Source of the DNA: a virus
IMG/VR virus record: IMGVR_UViG_3300028840_005764
Location: 78,862 to 142,861 of that record
Direction: 5' to 3' (one strand)
DNA length: 64,000 nucleotides
The notes below the pieces were generated by a model that was given only the letters and a program-made list of their open reading frames with translations, was not told where the DNA came from and did no database searches. A program made the position numbers and the translations under genes. Each line of letters starts with the position of its first letter. Position 1 is the stretch's first letter. Positions 59,219 through 64,000 of the stretch are shown one piece after another.

Positions 59219-61204
59219 ATGCTTTCTATAGAAGGTGGCACACCTAAAATAAAATCTAGTTCAAAACATAAAAAAACAACGCCGCCAAAAAAGGAAGTAA
59301 TTCTTAAACCACGGCCAAAGCTACGGGCAGAGCCAAAACGCGTTCCGAAGCCGCCGGATTGGCAACCTCCACGCTATCGTGTCATTGCCAAAAAACAGTT
59401 AGATGTTCAAAATGCTCAGAATCTTCTCTCGACAATCCCAGGTTTTTTGTTGGGGTTGACAAAAGATCTCGAAGATAGTCCCACGAAATTATATGATTAT
59501 CAAGTAGAACATATCCTTGATAACGCAATATTCAGGGCTGTTGATAAAGCTCGACAGATTGGCGAGTCCTACGTTGCAGCTGGCGAGGCATTGGCGAAGT
59601 GCCATCTCAAGAACAACCACACCTCCATCTTCATTTCGTTCAATCACGAAGAGGCGATGGAGAAGATCCGGTTCGCTAGAGCGCTGTACGATTCTATGCC
59701 CACCGAGTTCAAGAAGGAGCTGGTGGTCGACAACAAGCAGTCGTTGGAATTTGAGCGCCATGGAAAGCTCACGCGTATCCTGAGTTTCGCACAACGGCAG
59801 CCTCGTGGTAAGGGTACGAACACTGACATCCTGCTTGATGAGTTCGCCCACATGATGTGGGCGCGTGAGATCTACGCTGCGGCCGTACCAGTTCTGTCTC
59901 GTGGTTCTGGCGTGCTGACGGTGGCTTCTACGCCACTGGGCAAGAACACACTACACTACGAAATCATGAACAATCGAGAAGACTTTCCTGAGTTTTCTCG
60001 TATGCGTATTCCGTGGTGGTATTGCCCTGAGCTGTGTTCGGATGTTGAGCGCGCACGTGAAGAAGCGCCGCTCATGGATACCGAGGATAGGGTCAAGAAG
60101 TTCGGAACCAAGCGGTTTCGCATCCTATTCCGGAACATGGAAGATGTAGAGACTTTCAAACAAGAGTATGAACTATTTCATATTGATGAATCTGTTTCGT
60201 ATTATCCTCTTGATTTAATCAGAACTTGTACATTCGAAGATGAAAACAAATTAATCCTAGAACCTAATATCGATCCAGAGGAAGTGCCGGTTGGTTTTGC
60301 GCCCATCGAGGATGCAAGTGGTTTGATGGTTCCTGATACCATTATGAATCACTACTCTGGCCAGAACATCAACTGGAATTGTGAAATATTAACAGTTCGT
60401 GGTGATGAGCAGGATTACGTTGACAGGGCCAAGGAGGTCATAGACCAACTGGCTCTATCAATGAGTGAGAGCTCGTATGGCCGCGATCTCTTATTGGGCA
60501 TGGACATTGGGCGTGAAAGGGATTCTTCTGAGATTTCTATTCTAGAAGAAGTTGAGTTGCCAACACACAATATTCACATTGAACGACTTATGTTGGAACT
60601 TGATCGAATTCCATTTAGAGATCAAGAAGAAGTAGTACGCCACTGTCTACAAATCTTTCCCAACATGAAGAAGGTAAATATCGACGCCACTGGCCACGGT
60701 TCCAACCTCGCGGAGAACTTGGAGCTTGATTTCCCTCAAGTGGTTGAGGGGATTAAATTTGATCTTGAAAACAAGGCAGAAATGGCAAAGAACTTTAGGT
60801 TTCGCCTAGAGGACAGAGCTATTGCTTTGTATAATGATACGCGTTCGGTTAGACAAATACATAGCATAAAGAAGAAAATTACAGATTCAGCCAATATTAC
60901 ATATACCGCAGAAAAAAACAAAAAACACCATGGTGATAAATTCTGGTCCAAGGCTTTAGCAAGCGTTGGTGGAACTACATATGATAGAAACAGAGTTGTA
61001 AAACGAATAATTCGTATTGGGAACGAGCAACGGGCCTTTTCTATCAATCAAAAACAAAAAGATAATAACTCTGTGATAAGGATATCTAATAGGTCTATAA
61101 TACCTGTTCAATCCAATATCGGTGGATATAGGACAACCACAGGGTTATTCAACGGCATGGCTTCAATGAGCGATATGTTCACCGACAACAAGTATTATGG
61201 GTAA
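59219..61204 (+). CDS. terminase large subunit
   Basis: KARQIGES, LLDEFAH, ASTP, GMDIGR, IDATG.G, HGD. Confidence 0.9.
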   Translation: MLSIEGGTPKIKSSSKHKKTTPPKKEVILKPRPKLRAEPKRVPKPPDWQPPRYRVIAKKQLDVQNAQNLLSTIPGFLLGLTKDLEDSPTKLYDYQVEHILDNAIFRAVDKARQIGESYVAAGEALAKCHLKNNHTSIFISFNHEEAMEKIRFARALYDSMPTEFKKELVVDNKQSLEFERHGKLTRILSFAQRQPRGKGTNTDILLDEFAHMMWAREIYAAAVPVLSRGSGVLTVASTPLGKNTLHYEIMNNREDFPEFSRMRIPWWYCPELCSDVERAREEAPLMDTEDRVKKFGTKRFRILFRNMEDVETFKQEYELFHIDESVSYYPLDLIRTCTFEDENKLILEPNIDPEEVPVGFAPIEDASGLMVPDTIMNHYSGQNINWNCEILTVRGDEQDYVDRAKEVIDQLALSMSESSYGRDLLLGMDIGRERDSSEISILEEVELPTHNIHIERLMLELDRIPFRDQEEVVRHCLQIFPNMKKVNIDATGHGSNLAENLELDFPQVVEGIKFDLENKAEMAKNFRFRLEDRAIALYNDTRSVRQIHSIKKKITDSANITYTAEKNKKHHGDKFWSKALASVGGTTYDRNRVVKRIIRIGNEQRAFSINQKQKDNNSVIRISNRSIIPVQSNIGGYRTTTGLFNGMASMSDMFTDNKYYG

Positions 61205-61207
61205 ATC

Positions 61208-62869
61208 ATGCAAACGGAAATGACACAAACGCACGTCCGTAGAATCCCGATGCCTAAGCGGGAGGAGATTGCACAGCTTCCGCAGGTTGCGCAAACAATA
61301 TTAGGTATGTTCGAAGAGGGATTGGACATACGTGACTATAAAGATCTAGCTCGTTCGTTCGTGGATTCTGTGAATGGGAAATCACCTGTATTTGGAAAAG
61401 CCGCTATTAGATACAAGAATCCCAGGATTGTCGATCCTAAGAATTTTTATAGTAGTATCGGCGAATATAATCCAGACAGAATCCCAGTTGAAACTTATGA
61501 AAAAATGAGGCTTGATCCTACGATTGCGCTGGCTACATCTCTCATAGAGCTACCAATTCTGGGTCAGAATTTTCGCATTGTTTGTACCGATGAAAAAATC
61601 TCAGCTGTTGTTGAGGTTCTTCTTCGTCAAATATATAGAAAACTTATTAAATCTATGCTCCGCGCGATTCAATTTGGTTTCGCAGCTGGAGAAAAAGTTT
61701 ATGAAAAGGTTAAACTTAAAGTTGAGGTTGTTGAAGAAGGGGGAGCCAAAAGAACTCTTCACAACAGATATACAGTAAGAATTAAGAAAGTTAAATTTGC
61801 GCATCCAAAATCAGTACGAATTATCAGAGATGAGAAAACCGAAGAAATCAAATATGTGACTCAACCTGCAATACACACAAGTTGGGAAACACCAAAAAAG
61901 GTTAAGATAAGTAAGTGTGTTTGGTTCACAGAAGATGATGAATACGGGAATTTCTTTGGCAATGCGCGTTATACAGCTGCATATCAACCGTGGTATTGGT
62001 GGGCCATTGTTGTGCAGTTCATGCTTCGGTATCTTGAACGGCGCGGTTCCCCAGGTGTTGTTGGTAAAGCGCCATTTGGTCAATCTATCGACAACGATGG
62101 CCAAAAAGCAAACAATCTTGACATTATCATGAAAGCCGCTGCGGCTTTGGGTTCGAATACTGCTGTTTCTATTCCAAGTTCATACGACAAGAATGCAAAC
62201 AAACCGTTGTGGGAACTTGAACTGATTCAAGATGATCAGCGCGGAGACATGTTCATTACTGTTCTGCAGATGTTGAACAGGCTGAAGCTCAGCGCATTGT
62301 TCGTGCCTGATAAAGTTGCTGTTGCCGAAGGTTCGTCGACCAATGCGACAGCAGAATCCCATGTTGATGTGCATTTGATGAGCTTAGAATCTTTGATTCA
62401 GGTTCTTGAAGATGCAATAAATCAACAAGTAATACCTGATTTGGTTAGCTATAATTTTCCTCCGACAAAACAAGTTCCGTGTTCAATAAAGATCGAAAGA
62501 TTAAATTATAGCAAGAGAACTTTGTTAAGGGATGTACTGATAAGAATGCTAATGCTTTCCGCAGGTTCTATTCGAGATGGTGTTTGGCCGAAGAACCTTC
62601 CATCAATACAAAAAATTGCTGATTTTCTTGAAGTTCCTATTGATGAATCGTCTAAAATATTCTTGAATGATATCAAATCAGATGGTAATGATGATGATAA
62701 CGATTCAAATGATAATGAACCGGATGATGATGCATCTGATGACAGTAAACCAGATGACGATGATGATGAACCGCTGGGAAAAGAACAAAAGATAAAAGAT
62801 AGGAACAAAGATGCTGTTCCGCGCAAAGAGCGTACGAGCCGGGACAGAAAATCACGCGAAAGAATTTAA
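61208..62869 (+). CDS. portal protein (DUF935/Mu gp29-like)
   Basis: follows TerL; AIQFGFAAGEKVY, YLERRGSPGVVGK, INQQVIPDLVSYNF. Confidence 0.85.
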   Translation: MQTEMTQTHVRRIPMPKREEIAQLPQVAQTILGMFEEGLDIRDYKDLARSFVDSVNGKSPVFGKAAIRYKNPRIVDPKNFYSSIGEYNPDRIPVETYEKMRLDPTIALATSLIELPILGQNFRIVCTDEKISAVVEVLLRQIYRKLIKSMLRAIQFGFAAGEKVYEKVKLKVEVVEEGGAKRTLHNRYTVRIKKVKFAHPKSVRIIRDEKTEEIKYVTQPAIHTSWETPKKVKISKCVWFTEDDEYGNFFGNARYTAAYQPWYWWAIVVQFMLRYLERRGSPGVVGKAPFGQSIDNDGQKANNLDIIMKAAAALGSNTAVSIPSSYDKNANKPLWELELIQDDQRGDMFITVLQMLNRLKLSALFVPDKVAVAEGSSTNATAESHVDVHLMSLESLIQVLEDAINQQVIPDLVSYNFPPTKQVPCSIKIERLNYSKRTLLRDVLIRMLMLSAGSIRDGVWPKNLPSIQKIADFLEVPIDESSKIFLNDIKSDGNDDDNDSNDNEPDDDASDDSKPDDDDDEPLGKEQKIKDRNKDAVPRKERTSRDRKSRERI

Positions 62870-62887
62870 ACCCATCCGGAGAAATCG

Positions 62888-64000
62888 ATGCCAGCCAAAG
62901 TTGAACGCTGTGTGCAGAATCTTCTAAAGAAAAAGAATTTCCGTCCCAAAGAGGACGAGAAGAAGAGAAAAAGTTCTGCCTACGCGATTTGTACAGCTGC
63001 GCAAAACAAGAAAAATGCAGATGCTATCATTGAGATGCTCTCTGAGCTTCCGGATAGCATCTCGATCGATTTGGATGAACACGGCGGTATCAAGCTCACA
63101 GAGAACGAAGGCATTGAAGACGAGGTGTACACGGAAGATCCGTCCGAGGACCCGTGCTACGACGTCTTTTTTGATGAGTCAAAGGATGAAAAAGATCCTG
63201 GGACTTTTCACACCTTCCACGAGATTTCGCTGGCCGACAACGACAAGAAGAAGGACAAGACTTACGCCGACGACGATGACCAAAAGCAGCCGTTGCAGAA
63301 ACGTATCGAAACGCTGCGCGAGGGTCTTTTTCATCACTGGTTGTACGGCGACATCAATTTCGATCGTAAGTACTTCATGAGCGTCATTCAGAACTTTGTG
63401 AATGGTGTTATTGACCGTGACGTTTCACTTGATGTTGGCCACGAGCCTTGGCTGGGCGCAGTTGCCTGGGTGCAGAAACTGGGTCTTCGACGTCGTGAGT
63501 TCAAGGACAAAAAGAAACGCTACGTGCTAACGGCGGATGCTGAGTTCACCGACGTGGGCGAGGAAATGATCGCCGGGAAGCGTTTCCGGTATTTTTCCAT
63601 TGAGGTGACAGACAACTTCTCGGACAAGGAAACTGGTGAAGAGTACGGCCCTACGATGATGGGTGGTGCGCTCACCAATCGTCCATACATTCCTGGTATG
63701 CAACCAATTGAGTTGAGTGAAGACGTTACTTACGGTGGCGTCATCATGAAGCGCTCCAAAACCACCGATGGAGAGCCCGCCGTTGGAGGTGATGGGGCCG
63801 AACGAAGGGTACTTGATGAAAAGGAGGAAAAACCAAACGAAGAAGTTCTAGCCATTCTTGCAAAGCTCGACGACTATATAAAACAACAAGATATAAAATT
63901 GCAGGCTAGACCTCCAGATAGTCAATTGCCCGACGCGGCGTTCGCGCTCGTGAAAAGGGTAGACGGAAAGGTCACGAAGAGGAGTCTGCCTCATCACGGT
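62888..64000 (+). CDS. head maturation protease/scaffold (Mu I-like), 3'-truncated, absent from ORF track
   Basis: ATG at 62888; DVGH...AVAW...FRYFSIE...GGALTNRPYIPGMQPI. Confidence 0.8.
   Translation, partial: MPAKVERCVQNLLKKKNFRPKEDEKKRKSSAYAICTAAQNKKNADAIIEMLSELPDSISIDLDEHGGIKLTENEGIEDEVYTEDPSEDPCYDVFFDESKDEKDPGTFHTFHEISLADNDKKKDKTYADDDDQKQPLQKRIETLREGLFHHWLYGDINFDRKYFMSVIQNFVNGVIDRDVSLDVGHEPWLGAVAWVQKLGLRRREFKDKKKRYVLTADAEFTDVGEEMIAGKRFRYFSIEVTDNFSDKETGEEYGPTMMGGALTNRPYIPGMQPIELSEDVTYGGVIMKRSKTTDGEPAVGGDGAERRVLDEKEEKPNEEVLAILAKLDDYIKQQDIKLQARPPDSQLPDAAFALVKRVDGKVTKRSLPHHG

Overview
This is a 64 kb segment of a large tailed-phage genome. From the left it carries: + strand recombination/repair genes (SbcC-like, RuvC-like, UDG); a - strand array of tRNAs and tRNA-like RNAs at 4.6-16.1 kb, which includes a TROVE/Ro60-like vWA + ARPP-2-like gene pair; a GC-rich - strand early-type block at 17-35 kb (DUF932, GHKL ATPase, SNF2 helicase, many small ORFs); a 1.6 kb non-coding control island at 35.0-36.6 kb; an AT-rich block of small ORFs ending in a C5 methyltransferase; nucleotide metabolism genes (thyA, folA), pdaD, an amidase and a 5'-3' exonuclease; and the start of the head module (TerS?, TerL, portal, Mu-I-like protease). 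I count 24 conventional tRNAs. The most notable signals are: (1) a family of tRNA-chimeric ncRNAs sharing a GAACU internal-loop motif, three of them directly upstream of the TROVE-like gene, suggesting a phage Ro/Y-RNA-like RNP system; (2) a ~430 nt structured RNA containing a circularly permuted, CCA-ended tRNA domain; (3) about 27 AGCY-N8-RGCT palindromes concentrated in 26-36.3 kb, often 21 bp apart; (4) near-consensus sigma54, CRP and IHF sites in the island; (5) a PRPK peptide tag at the termini of unrelated proteins. All protein assignments come from motif recognition by eye, not database searches.
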